From NCBI GenBank assembly GCA_048213135.1, contig PS015828.1, positions 1 through 42,114 of the forward strand: 42,114 nt of DNA. Reading direction: 5' to 3'. A program made the position numbers and the translations under genes. The notes beneath the pieces were generated by a model. It was not told the origin of the DNA. It did not search any database and saw only the letters and a list, made by a program, of their open reading frames with translations. This document shows positions 1 through 14,765 of the stretch, piece by piece; within the stretch, counting starts at the first letter, position 1; each line of letters opens with the position of its first letter. This stretch comes from Reclinomonas americana ATCC 50394 (taxonomy: Eukaryota).

Positions 1-8
1 GGGAGAGG

Positions 9-112
9 GAGCAGACGTACACCAACAGCCCATCGCGACAGCGCGCGTGCGTGCACACAATGTGCGAAAGAGAAAGTGAGATGCATGAAGTTGCAATCAA
101 CGAATTCGCACT
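9..112 (+). repeat. Dispersed direct repeat, copy 1 (copy 2 at 6955-7060)
   Basis: GAGCAGACGTACACC(A/G)ACAGCCCATCGCGACAGCGCGCGTGCGTGCACACAATGTGCGAAAGAGAAAGTGAG..CATGAAGT.GCAATCAACGAA.TCGCACT occurs at both sites with few differences. Confidence 0.92.
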
Positions 113-393
113 ATTTTGCTATGGACGGGGAAAAGTACTTTCCCCTAGGGTTCGGGGTACAGACGGTCAGGCGTAGGAGACCAAGAGGACGGGTTCATTT
201 GTTCCTGCAGCCGGGGTACGGCTGTACCCCCTGCACCGCACCACATATGAAGATCGAAAAGAGACGCCTGTCCAATGACCATGCGCAAGAGAGGGACAAG
301 AGGCTGGGAGGAGAAGAAAACAAAAACAAAAAAACAAGAAGCCGAATATCCAAAGCCTTTGCGCAAAGAGGGCGCAGCTCATGATCATGCAGC

Positions 394-3300
394 TCAGGCG
401 GCGATCGAGCAGTCGGCACCCTTCCACCCGGCATTGCAAATGCAGGCACCAGATCCCGAGCAGCGACCACGACCTGTGAGACAGCAGATGCAGTGAGCGT
501 CGCAAAGGGATAAAGAGAAGAGAGAAGTAGGTAACCGTTGCAGGACTCGACAGGGCGGCAACCACCTGTTTGTTGTGTCTCACATCAGTGCACTCAGGAG
601 ACAATCGCGTACGGCTGGTGCAGACGCAACAGTTGGGGCCACCGATACCCGCGTAACAGCGGCAGCGACCAGCCACGCATTGGCTGCACATAATCCCAAC
701 TATATTATGAGAAGCAAAAGCGAGTGAAGAATGAACTTACTACGCACCCACTGCAAAGAGCAAGTCACGAATAAAGTCAGCAGATGGAAAACACTCGACG
801 ACAGCACATCAGTCGCGCGGGGAACGCACTTGTACAAACTCGGGTTCGCACTCCACGGTCCATTGCACTGCGGGTCGCTGGTGCACACAGCCGGCGAAAC
901 AATCACCGACTCGTCACGGGGAACAACAAACACATCGCGACTGGCGACGATCGCGGAGCCCGATGGCGCGGCGTAGGCTTGCACACGGTTCAGTGTCTTG
1001 AACGTGATGCGCAATTCTTGCTCTGTGCGAGAAAAAGAGAGAGAGGGAGCGTGTGTTTTTGAGTTCCACAGAAGAGCAGCGACCTCCTCTTCCTTTCCCT
1101 TCCCACTTAAACCTGTGACCTCCACGACATTGTAGCCCTCCACGTCCGTGCGCAGATGCTGGAACCACGGGTTAGCTCCCCATGCGCTGTACAGCGAGGT
1201 TAGCTGCACCAGAGAAGCTGCAGCAGATTGACAAGCGATTATTACTATCAAAGAGTGAGAGCACGACCATGATTTCTTCACGTCACGCACCGAACGAGGC
1301 GCTCGTCTTGATGCCGGCGAGCTGCACAGATGTCGAATCAGACGATCGACATTTCCAACACAAAACGCAAAGCGCGCTATCGCAATCGACAACGTACCAC
1401 TGCATCGGTCGTAGTATCAAGCACTGCACCGGGCACCGAGTACGACAGCTTGTTGCGCAGCTGCGGTCGGATTGTATCGGCCAGCTGATCGGCATTCACT
1501 GGCTTGCGACCACTGGTCTGTATGGAGGAATTCGCAAACAACACACGTGTGAGAAAGTCGCGGGTGTGTAGTACTCAGACGCAGATCAGCCACTTCCATC
1601 TTCCTCAAATTCCCTGGTGATCTCTAAGTGGTCAATCTCCGACGAACTAGCTAACCGGCAACCACCTCTTGTGCTCTCTTGCCATCACGGTTTCCGTCCA
1701 CCAGTCTTCATCACCATTTTCAAATTAGAGACGCAACAAAGTCAAACATTGGCACAACCAGCTTGATGTTGCCTACGTTGGGAACCGGAACAGTGAACGA
1801 GAAAGACACCAACGGCAACAGGGACAATGGAGCCGTTGCATCGAGGCCAGAGGCGCGGGAAGTACTGCTCATGCCGGGCGTAACAAATTCGACGCCCACT
1901 GCCGACACCGACGGATCCGTGCCCTTGCTGAAGTCGTCATACAGCTGCACGCGACGGAGAAAGAGACAGAGAAAGAAGTGAGGAGACTTGAGACGAGAAT
2001 AGTCGAGATCTACACCAGAGCGTGGGCGCAACGCGAGATGCCACTGCAGAGTGCAAGTCTCCAGTAAACACCACCAGGTTCTTCACACCCGTCCGGCGCA
2101 CGTGACCGAGAATCTCGGCACGCTCAGTCGCATAGCCGTCCCAACCGTCTGCAAGACAGAACAGACAATACAACGTGAACGCGACGCCGCAGGGCGTCAT
2201 AGACGTGAGTACGCGAGACTGCACTGCGATTGCATGCAGCAGCACTTGTTCATCACAAACCTGCCGAAAACAGGAACGTCTTCAAGTACGGTCCAAGAGT
2301 GGCTTTCTGGCCAGTGGCAGCGAGCGCCTGCGAGTTGCTCTTGTTCTGACGAATGTCGGGCTCGATGTAGCCGAACGCAATCGCATTCGCCGCAGCCTGG
2401 GCCTTTTGCGTCGGTGCAGCAGCGGCCGCGTTGAAGGCTCCCACCGCCACTCCCGCCTGCGTTGCAGTCAGACCGGCAGCGACGGCAGCAGCCGTTGCAT
2501 CGCCGCCAGTCGCCACAGCCGTCGCAATCGCTCCAGCTGCTGCCGCGGCCGTGCTCTGTGTGGCACCGGCAAATCTAGCGGCGACAATCGCCGCTGCCAC
2601 CGGCTCCGGCAGCATAAGTGCCGCTGCAGTGTTGGCGATGGACGTGGTAAGCGTCGGCACACTCTGCAATGCCACCAGTGTGGCCACTGCACGCAGGGCG
2701 TTGATCTCATTGCGCGCCACGATGACTTCGTTTCCCCACAGACGCCAGATGGCAGACGAGTTGGAGAGCTGCGACTTGAGCCACTCGCGCTGCGGCTTGC
2801 CGAGCATGGTAGTGAGCGCGAGCGGATCGTTGGGGTTGATCGTCGTCGCCTTCGCAATCAATGCAGCTTCAGCAGCGGCGCGCTGCGTGTCGTCAACAAA
2901 ATTTCTGGAACCAACGGGACCAATTTCCTGTCCAGTGAGCGGGTTGATGGTTGTCTCCGGAATGGTCTGCACAAGCACAGTGCTGTGAGATGGAGATATT
3001 GATGAAAAAGATGTGATGATTTGGTGTAGCGACGCACGTGATCCGTGCGGTAGACACGCGAGTCGGTGACAAAGAGGTGAGCGAGATTGCCGACTGCACG
3101 TTTGAAGCGGAGTGAGAAGGAGAGGCTTTCAACGCAGCATGCAGGAGAGGTGCGTACGCAACACAAAAAGTCGCGATAGATGCGCACAACGTCGTAGCTG
3201 TCGGGATTGCTGGTGTCAAGCACAACATCGGCCGGCGTGAACTCGAACCAGGCGGTGGAAGCCGAGCGGCGGCGTTGAGGCACAGCTGGGTTGGCATTCG

Positions 3301-4800
3301 TGTTGGTATCGTGATCCATCCATGAATCGCTTGTGAACTCATGGTCGTCCCAGCTGGAAGGGCGAACAAGAACAGAGAGCACTGAGGATACAACTCTGTC
3401 TCGGCTAAATGATCCACTTGCCACAACGCAACATGGTAATGAACGGGAAGTATTCGTGGGCTCGTTGCAATCGTGGATCAGTACGATACGTGGCGTAGAG
3501 AGTTCGATAATCTTCGAGTGTGTCGCTGTATGTGGAGGAGAAGGTCAGGGAAGCTGCATAGCGGAGCATATGAACGACACAACGACAGACGCACGCGCGG
3601 TACGGGTTGGTGCCGTCATCGTCAACTAGGTCGCCAACGCTATTTGGCAGCAAGAAAGGCGGGTGTGCAGCTTCGCGAGTGGGACTCTGAGACACGATCG
3701 CAGGTGGTCAGTGGAGTAAGAGGGCAGATTTCAGATGATCGTATCAAGTAGCAACAAACCGGTGTGGGGCCCACCGCCGGACTACAATCACAAGAACAAT
3801 GGCGTAAACACAACGAAGGGAGCGTGAGTCGCACTCCTTTTTCGATCGGTGCAGCCTCCACACAAATTACTGCACTATATCTTCGCAACGTTTCGTAAAT
3901 GTAATCGCCCAGATGCAGCACAAAGTCCACATCGCGCTCATTGTCGACCAGATCAGTGTAGCCTCCCCAGTGATTGCGAGACCAGTTCTGGCACGCAATC
4001 GTGGCGATCTTCAGCCGCGCCACGGAGTTCGAGCCGGGCGGCGGGAAGGTCTTGAAGCGACCGACCTGTGCGTGGTGCAGAGTGAGGCGTCGTCGCTACT
4101 ATACCTACATCACCGACCGCTTGCAACATTGACGACTGAAACGCACTCGAGAGAACACATTTCCAGCCTGGAACTGGTAGTAGTAGGTGGTGTTGGGCTG
4201 CAGATCGGTGACCTTCTGTCGCGCAGTCATGTAGAAAGAACTCGACGCCGTGACTTTGCGGTCGACAACAAACGGGCCGACAAGCGCAGCACTGCACACA
4301 CACACACAGAGAATGTAAGCAACACCAACAAAAAGTGCACTGACTGCCACAGTCGCAACTTGCTGTCCATTTTGGCACCGTTGCCAGCGATGCTGCTCAC
4401 ACGCAGCGAAATGGCCACACTGGAAACGGAGTCGGTGGGCAGTGGACCTGTAGAGGGCGCATCGAGAGGCAACGCGCGTGTCCACAAGACGACACTGTTG
4501 TGGGTGGGATCGCCCGAGGCCACACTTTGCGGGAACTGCAGCAGGGACATGCATCAAATAATGAAGGAGTGTGTGCATTGACGCTTGTCTGCAACGTTCA
4601 CCTGCCAGTTGCTGCCAGTGGCGTCGGGAGTCGGTGGTGGCGGTGGCGGCGGGGGCGGCGGTGGCGGCGCCGTGTCGGTGCACAGAGCGCCAAAGCGGCC
4701 AGTGGCACAGCTGCCGCAGTTGGTACCGGCAAAGGGGAATGGGCACTTCACGCACGACGACAGTGAGCAAAAGAGAATTTCTCCGAAAAGTACATACACA

Positions 4801-4856
<56 letters not shown>

Positions 4857-5194
4857 ACACACACACTACGACGTACGTACTACTACTACACACACGACAC
4901 CGACCACGACGTCGACGTACGTACGACGGTCGGTACGGTCGGACGACGACACGTACTAGTNNNNNNNNNNNNNNNNNNNNNNNNNNNNNNNNNNNNNNNN
5001 NNNNNNNNNNNNNNNNNNNNNNNNNNNNNNNNNNNNNNNNNNNNNNNNNNNNNNNNNNNNNNNNNNNNNNNNNNNNNNNNNNNNNNNNNNNNNNNNNNNG
5101 TAACGGGAACGGTAACGGGTACGACGTTACACGACGTACGACGAGACGTACGAGACGAAGAAGTAAGTTACTACGTAACTAACGTACTACACAC

Positions 5195-5254
<60 letters not shown>

Positions 5255-5621
5255 GCAACATAGCAAGTACCGTCATTCAAGCACAGACCACGACCACTGC
5301 AGGTGACAGCGTCGGTGCAAGCAACTGGATTCTGCACGTACTGATCGGGGCCTTGACCGCAGAACGGATGGCCGGTCTTCTTGTAGTTCGGGGCGCAGAC
5401 TTCGCAGTTGGCGCCGCGATACTGGTGGAAAAAAGGGAGCTAAGCACGACGGAAAAATACACATGTACAGCGCGGGGAGAGGTGATGCACCTGAATGTTG
5501 CAGACGCAAGCACCGTTGACACAATTTCCGCCAGGCTGGCTACACTGCGCACCACTAGTGCACGCACCACCTGGGAGAGAGAGAGAGGAGGGTGAGGGTG
5601 GGCGAGTCGGCCGTCATGTGC

Positions 5622-5660
<39 letters not shown>

Positions 5661-5888
5661 GCACCTCCACTCTGCGCGCTGACGTGTGTCACGACCAGCA
5701 ACACCAAGAGAGTCGCACTGCATGCACACAACAAGCACGATGAGAACAGTAAAAGCAAGCGACGACAGGAGTTCGAGGGCACGCGCAGCGCACGTTCGCA
5801 CCCTGTGAAAAACAATATTCAGTTGGAGACACACACACGCACAGTTAAGCGCCAACAAAAACGCACAGAGAATCACACGGCTACACAT
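394..5888 (-). CDS. phoD: Secreted alkaline phosphatase D (PhoD) with N-terminal and C-terminal EGF/laminin-EGF repeats; multi-exon, spans a gap
   Basis: Spliced translation: signal peptide MCSRVILCATLLVLLVVTHVSAQ, Cys-rich EGF repeats (CSQPGGNCVNGACVCNIQYRGANCEVC) and a poly-Pro linker. PhoD motifs follow: FPQSVASGDP..VVLWTR, HLGDYIYE, IWDDHE, TMLGKPQREWL, DGWDGY, VFTGDLHS, VEFVTPGMSS, ANPWFQHLRTDVEGYNVVEVT. It ends in EGF repeats CVAGRCRCYAGIGGPNC and CNGRGRCSGSGACICNAGWKGADCS, with TGA at 394-396. Confidence 0.88.
4803..5248. repeat. (CT)n microsatellites flanking an assembly gap (N 4961-5098)
   Basis: Visible directly. Confidence 0.9.
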
Positions 5889-6262
5889 GGCTCCGTGAAT
5901 ACTCGGAGAAAAAGGATATAAATTAGTCAAATTCAAAGCGGCCACCACCGCAGCGTATACAAAAAATGCTTCCCAGCAGCCTCGTTTTGCTTATTTTTAA
6001 GACAACTGGTATTACGCCCTATGGCGCCGGGGTTGACCACCTCACGTGACACGTAGACACAGGCCAGTGCTTCCAAGAGGTCTTGATCTTTCTTCGAATT
6101 TGCCTATACCATGTGTGCATGCAGCCATGAACCGTTCCCAAAAGGTTCCCTGCGCGCACGAAACAGCCCAGTACTATTGCGATTCTGTGTCTTGAGACTC
6201 GCGTTCGACGCGCTCGCAAAAGCCACTTACACGACGCCGCCGATTCCGACTCCTCAGGCCGC

Positions 6263-9813
<3,551 letters not shown>

Positions 9814-9881
9814 GGTCGGCAGTCACTGTGTGAAGCGTGCACCACGTCATGTCGAGTCATCTCCGACAAGACTGTCGTTCA

Positions 9882-11990
9882 TTATGCGACCTCGACCACC
9901 GGCGACACCTCGAGAGGCGCTAGCCTCTCGCTCCTCGACTTTTTCAGAGGTGGTGACGCGTCCGGTGCTGCAGCTGTGCTTTCGATTGCGACGGGGGCAG
10001 CGGCAGAAGGTAGAACGGGAGCAGAGATGGGAGCAGCAATGGACACGGGGCTGGAGCGGCCGGACGCAGGCGCACTCGCGCTGCGCATCATCATGTGTGC
10101 TCCATCGGCAGCTGCGCGAGCAGCGGCCTCCGCAATCGCCGGGCAGCACATCATCTCTGACTGCACGTGCTGGTGCTGGTGTGGGTTGACGCCCATGTTA
10201 GGTGGGGGAAAGGGCGAGAGGGAGGCTGCTCGTCGGCGGCCACCTCTTCTCTTCTCCAGCCTCAATGCCGGCAATACCACGGTCTCCAGCATGTAGTAGC
10301 CCTGTTTCATTTGTTCGAGCAGCCGCCGCTCGGCAGAGGCGTCGGTGCCACTCGCTGCGGTCAGGTGAGGTTTTCGCAACGCATGAGAGGAAGGGCAGAG
10401 AGAGGGGAGAGGAGAGGGACAGACCTTCGAGCGCGTCGATGTAAGCCTCTTGGTAGGCGCGCTTGTACTCGCGCAGCACATCGTTAGTGAGCGCACTCCA
10501 CGGCAGCATGACCACAGAGTCGGTGATTACGGCGCGGGGCACCACACGGCGAATGGCCTCCTGGAACACACGGTTGCTGAACTCGGGAGCCTTGTGATTC
10601 AACTCTACGGACATCGACACGTGCTCCTGTGACGCGCGTAAGTATCAGCATCCGAATCTGTCCCCTCTCCCCACCCTTCACCAGTCCCCACCTGCACGAG
10701 AAAGTCGGGGTGCTGAGGGCCGATCTGGCGAATCTGACGCTGCAGGTGGTGTGCAATCTCCTCGGGATTCTCTGCGCAATATCGGAAAAACTGCGCCGTG
10801 AGTGTTGTGCTGTGATGTGTGGAGGGAGGGGGCGGACGAGCCACTGCTCAGGTACCTGAGAGCCACGCCATCAGGCTGTCCTTGGTGCCGTCCGGACACT
10901 GGCTCAGCATCGCATCGCACCGCTGCATCAACTCCATCTCCTCGTCGGTGAAACTCACTGGAGACGCATGCATAATACGGCGTCACAAATCACTGACAGA
11001 CATGCACGATTGCAGGCATGCAACTGGCAACTGAACCTGGCTTCACTGGCGATGGCGGCCGCAGCAACCGCGCGATGCTGGCCACAATGTTGGCCACGGT
11101 TTCCTCCTCGGCTGCGCATGGGATGAAGTGAGTGAGCTACAGTCGAGAATAAGTTTGCCAAATGCACTGAGATTCCCTTTGTCTCACCGTCGCCAACGCC
11201 CGTGTACCTGGCATCCACCACTTCACCCTCTCTGCGCAGCGCAGAAGGAGATAGTTGCGAGTGAGACCAAGCTCAAGAGAGCACCAGCGTTGCGTGTGCT
11301 CGCTTCACGACTGCCTCACCTGGTCGCGAGGCGAATAGAGACACCTCGCCTATCGGGAAGCACCACAGCTGCAGCGCCCACAATGCCTGCAAACACAGCA
11401 CACAAGCGTACACATAAGGATATGTTCGCTTATAGAATCAGCAGCAGCACGAAGAGCGAACAAATGGTGTTGCCCAGTAATCACCACGAAAGAGAGAGAG
11501 AGGAGGGGGGAGGGAGAAGGAGGGAGGAAGGAAGGGAGAGAGAGGCATACGCTCTCACCTACAAATGTGCGCTGCTTGAGGCGCCAACAGGCTGCCAGTT
11601 GTCGCCTCTCGCATGTTCCATCCACACGGATCTTGTACGTTACCAACACAGTGCTGTGCAGGCACACACGCACACATAACAGCAGAGAGGGCAGAGAGAG
11701 AGAGGAGAATGAGTGTGAGAGAGACACATAGAAAATCGCATCTCCAATCTGACACTGCGCACTTGCAGGCAGCCGCGAGGCCACACGTGGCCAGTGCCAG
11801 CATAAAGTCAGCACCTGGGCGTGTGTGCACAACCACAGAGAACTGCACATTGACAAAGAGAGAGAGAGAATGAGTGAGCGAGAGACAGAAAGAGAAAGTT
11901 TCCACATTCGTCACTCCAATCACGCGCGCGCACCTTTACGTGCACCGAATCCTCCTCGTCGAGTGAGAACGAGGCGTGAGAGGCACCCAT
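9882..11990 (-). CDS. Hypothetical multi-exon protein (possible N-myristoylation start MGASHAS)
   Basis: Coding-like exons flanked by GT/AG: EEETVANIVASIARLL, SFTDEEMELMQRCDAML, FRYCAENPEEIAHHLQRQI, EHVSMSVELNHKAPEFSNRVFQEAIRR, LLEQMKQGYYMLETVVLPAL. One phase conflict near 10790 is unresolved. No family recognised. Confidence 0.5.
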
Positions 11991-12369
11991 GTGTGTGTGT
12001 GTGATCGCTTTACACAACAACAACAACAACAGAGGGCGAGCAAAATTACTCCTCGAATCCACTCCGTCGCCGATCGGAGAGCAAGGAAGCGAGCATCCCG
12101 CGCGCGTCCGGATTCGAATCACTAAGACACGCACTCCGCAGCAGCGAGCACCTCTCTCGCAAGTTCCGTCACCAAATCTGTGTACACTGCCGGGCGAGCC
12201 GAGACTCGTTCTTTCTCAAAGTCGTCGAGGAGGAGAATGGGGGGAAGAACAAGCGACGAGCGACCGGCAAAAAAATATGTAGGGAAAAAGAGAGAAAGCC
12301 GCCGGGGAGGGAGGGGGAGGGAGAACAAAAAAGAGTCTGCGTGAGTTGTTTGTTTGTTTTTTCGTGTTG

Positions 12370-13151
12370 TCACTTGCGGATCGTGTCGACGAGCCATGCC
12401 ATGGCCTCCTCCAGACCCTCGCCAGTCTCGGCTGAGCATGGCTGGATGGCCCACTTGCGGCCGCGGAGACCACTCAGGTTGAGTGTTTCCGAGATCTGCC
12501 ATGCCATGCCGTGGTGTGAGCATCGACGACAATAACAACAACGACGACACAGCGAACAAACGAGAGACCTCATCAGGTGGCAACGCAGTGACCAGATCCT
12601 GCTTGTTGGCCAACACCAGCAACGGCACTGCGGCCATTTGCTCCTCCTCCAGAATGAGCGCCAGCTCAATGCTGGTCTCCTCGAGGCGGCGACGATCGGC
12701 GCTGTCAATCACGTACACCAGTGCGTCAGTGTTCTCGTAATAGTTGCGCCAGTACGGGCGAATCGATCGCTGGCCTCCAATGTCCCACACGTTCAGCTTG
12801 AAGCCGTCTTGCACCAGGCTCTGCGCACGAATCGTCGTCAGAGAGGAGAGGGGCAAAGAGAGAGAAGGGAGAGAGAAGGAGCGGGAGAGAGAAAGCGAGA
12901 GAGAAGAGATGAGACGAGAGAGAGTGCTCTGATCGACTTGTTCACTGCTGCTCGTACGTCTATTCCCGTTTCTCTGTATCCGCGCACGCGTGCGTGTGTG
13001 CGTGTGTGTGTGTCAGTCTACTGATCGACTTGTTCACTGCAGCTCTCCTATCTTCTTCTCTGTCTTTCTTTCTCATTCTCTCTCATCTCTCTCTCTGTGT
13101 GTGCCTGCCTGCTGATTGACTTGTTCACAGTTACTTCTCCATCTCCTCCTG

Positions 13152-13191
<40 letters not shown>

Positions 13192-13800
13192 TGTGTGTGT
13201 ACCTTGATGTTGAATCCTTGAGTGGGGGTAATATGTGTGGGATCCTCATCGGCCAACTTCTTGAGGCACGATGTCTTGCCGGCATTGTCGAGACCGAGAA
13301 TCAAGATGCGAGCTTCTTGCTCGCTCTTCTTCAGCTTGCGCAGCAATGACAACAGACCCTGAAAACGAAAAGAGAGTGAGAAGGAGAGTGCCAAAGATAA
13401 GTCGGTCATGTCGCACACGCGCACGTGCTCACACATGCGCACGTGCTTGCCTCTTGTGTGTGCGTGTGTGTGTGAGAGAGGTGCATGTGTGAATGTGTGT
13501 GGAGGTGCACAGAGACAACACGTGCAATTTGAGTTCATGCGCGCAAGTGTATGCATCTCTCCCTCTGTGTGTCTTTCCACGTACGCATGCACAACAGTGT
13601 GTGTGCGTCTATGTGCGTGTGTGTGTATGAGAAAGAGAAGAGAGCAGCACACAGCAGTGACAAGAGCGTGTCCGATGGTGGCCATTCTCACACGCACACA
13701 CACGCAAAAGCACATGCACAGCTGCCGCCTTTCTCTCTCTCTGCCACACGCACACACTCTCTTGCACACACACATACACACGACACGCGCAACTCACCAT
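12370..13800 (-). CDS. ARL3: ADP-ribosylation factor-like GTPase 3
   Basis: ATG-only first coding exon (13798-13800), then [83 protein letters not shown] at 12370-12372. Confidence 0.95.
12929..13130. repeat. Three regularly spaced ~20-bp direct repeats (CTGATCGACTTGTTCACTGC) in an ARL3 intron
   Basis: Copies start at 12929, 13021 and 13112 (spacing 92 and 91 bp); the third is CTGATTGACTTGTTCACAG. Confidence 0.85.
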
Positions 13801-13892
13801 CGCAACAATCTATATCCAACGGTTTACAAGCCCCGTCGATCGGAGTGGAGTGGTGGAAAACACACACATTTGCACTCTCTTTGCATACGCGC
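13801..13892. promoter_or_regulatory. Putative bidirectional promoter between ARL3 and the BART gene
   Basis: Only 92 bp separate the two divergent ATGs; the promoter function is inferred. Confidence 0.5.
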
Positions 13893-14584
13893 ATGACTGA
13901 GGAGTTGTTTGAGAAGCTCGCCGTCTTCTTCTTCGACGATGACATCACGTTACGTCGCACGATGGGAAAAAGGAAGAATCGATTGGTTTGCGCGCGCACT
14001 CACTTTCTGTCTCTCACACACAGAGGCGCCTTTGAGTCATTCAAGGCAAAGCACGCAGAGGCGTTTGTTGGAGTTGCGTGTGTGTGTGTGAGTGCGCGCG
14101 CGCGCAAGTTGACTCCTCTCTCTCACGTGCATGTTGTTGCGCAGGCGGATTTGACTGGCGAGCAGAAGCTTGAGTTGCGCACTCTCTGCCTCCATCTCCT
14201 CTCTGTGTTATCACTCACATGTGCGTCTCTGCGCGTGCAAAGATGGACGGGCATTTACAAGGAGTTCCAAGAAATGGTTTCGATCTCAGTCAATCATTCA
14301 CGCACTCGCTCGCGCGCGGAAAAACACTGATTGTTTGTGTGACACAGTACCAAGCCAAGCTGGTGGACTTCCTCACACAGGAGAACATTAGCGAGGAGCA
14401 GTTTGCGGAGCTGTGCGCCAGTGTTGCGTTCTTACCATTCGATATCATATTGTTCATGATGTGCTAGTGTCGTCACACGGTACGTGCGTAGGTACCAGAA
14501 GACTCGGATAACGGGCAGATTGTGCAGCTGCTGCTGGCCACCGCCGACTACGATGTCTTTTTGCAACTGATGACCACCGACTGA
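13893..14584 (+). CDS. Stand-alone BART-domain protein (ARL2BP/CFAP36-BARTL1 family)
   Basis: Six exons splice to MTEELFEKLAVFFFDDDITGAFESFKAKHAEAFVGADLTGEQKLEWTGIYKEFQEMYQAKLVDFLTQENISEEQFAELCASVPEDSDNGQIVQLLLATADYDVFLQLMTTD*. This matches the BART pattern (E.KLE.T.I..EF; LL...DF..F..M). Confidence 0.85.
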
Positions 14585-14765
14585 TGCGTGGACGGAAGAG
14601 AAAGGAGTGTTGAGGGTTGTTTTGACGCTCCAGCGGCAGTGAATGCACGCTGCGCCACTGTAACACAACAACAACGACAGGTACATTGGGGGATTTTTTC
14701 TTTCGAGCACTGCTCGCCGCCCGGAGCAGCAACATCAACAACAACAACACCGGTAACGAAAACAC

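Noticed and set aside
700-1608. Apparent separate gene downstream of PhoD
   Set aside because: It splices in frame as the PhoD C-terminus plus EGF repeats.
4862-5200. TACG/ACGT-rich pseudo-repeats beside the N gap (also 6657-6756)
   Set aside because: Typical low-quality read-end noise after microsatellites (pyrosequencing flow-order pattern), so not treated as biological.
12929-13130. CRISPR-like repeat-spacer appearance
   Set aside because: Only three 20-bp repeats with ~72-bp low-complexity spacers, inside a eukaryotic intron, and no cas genes.
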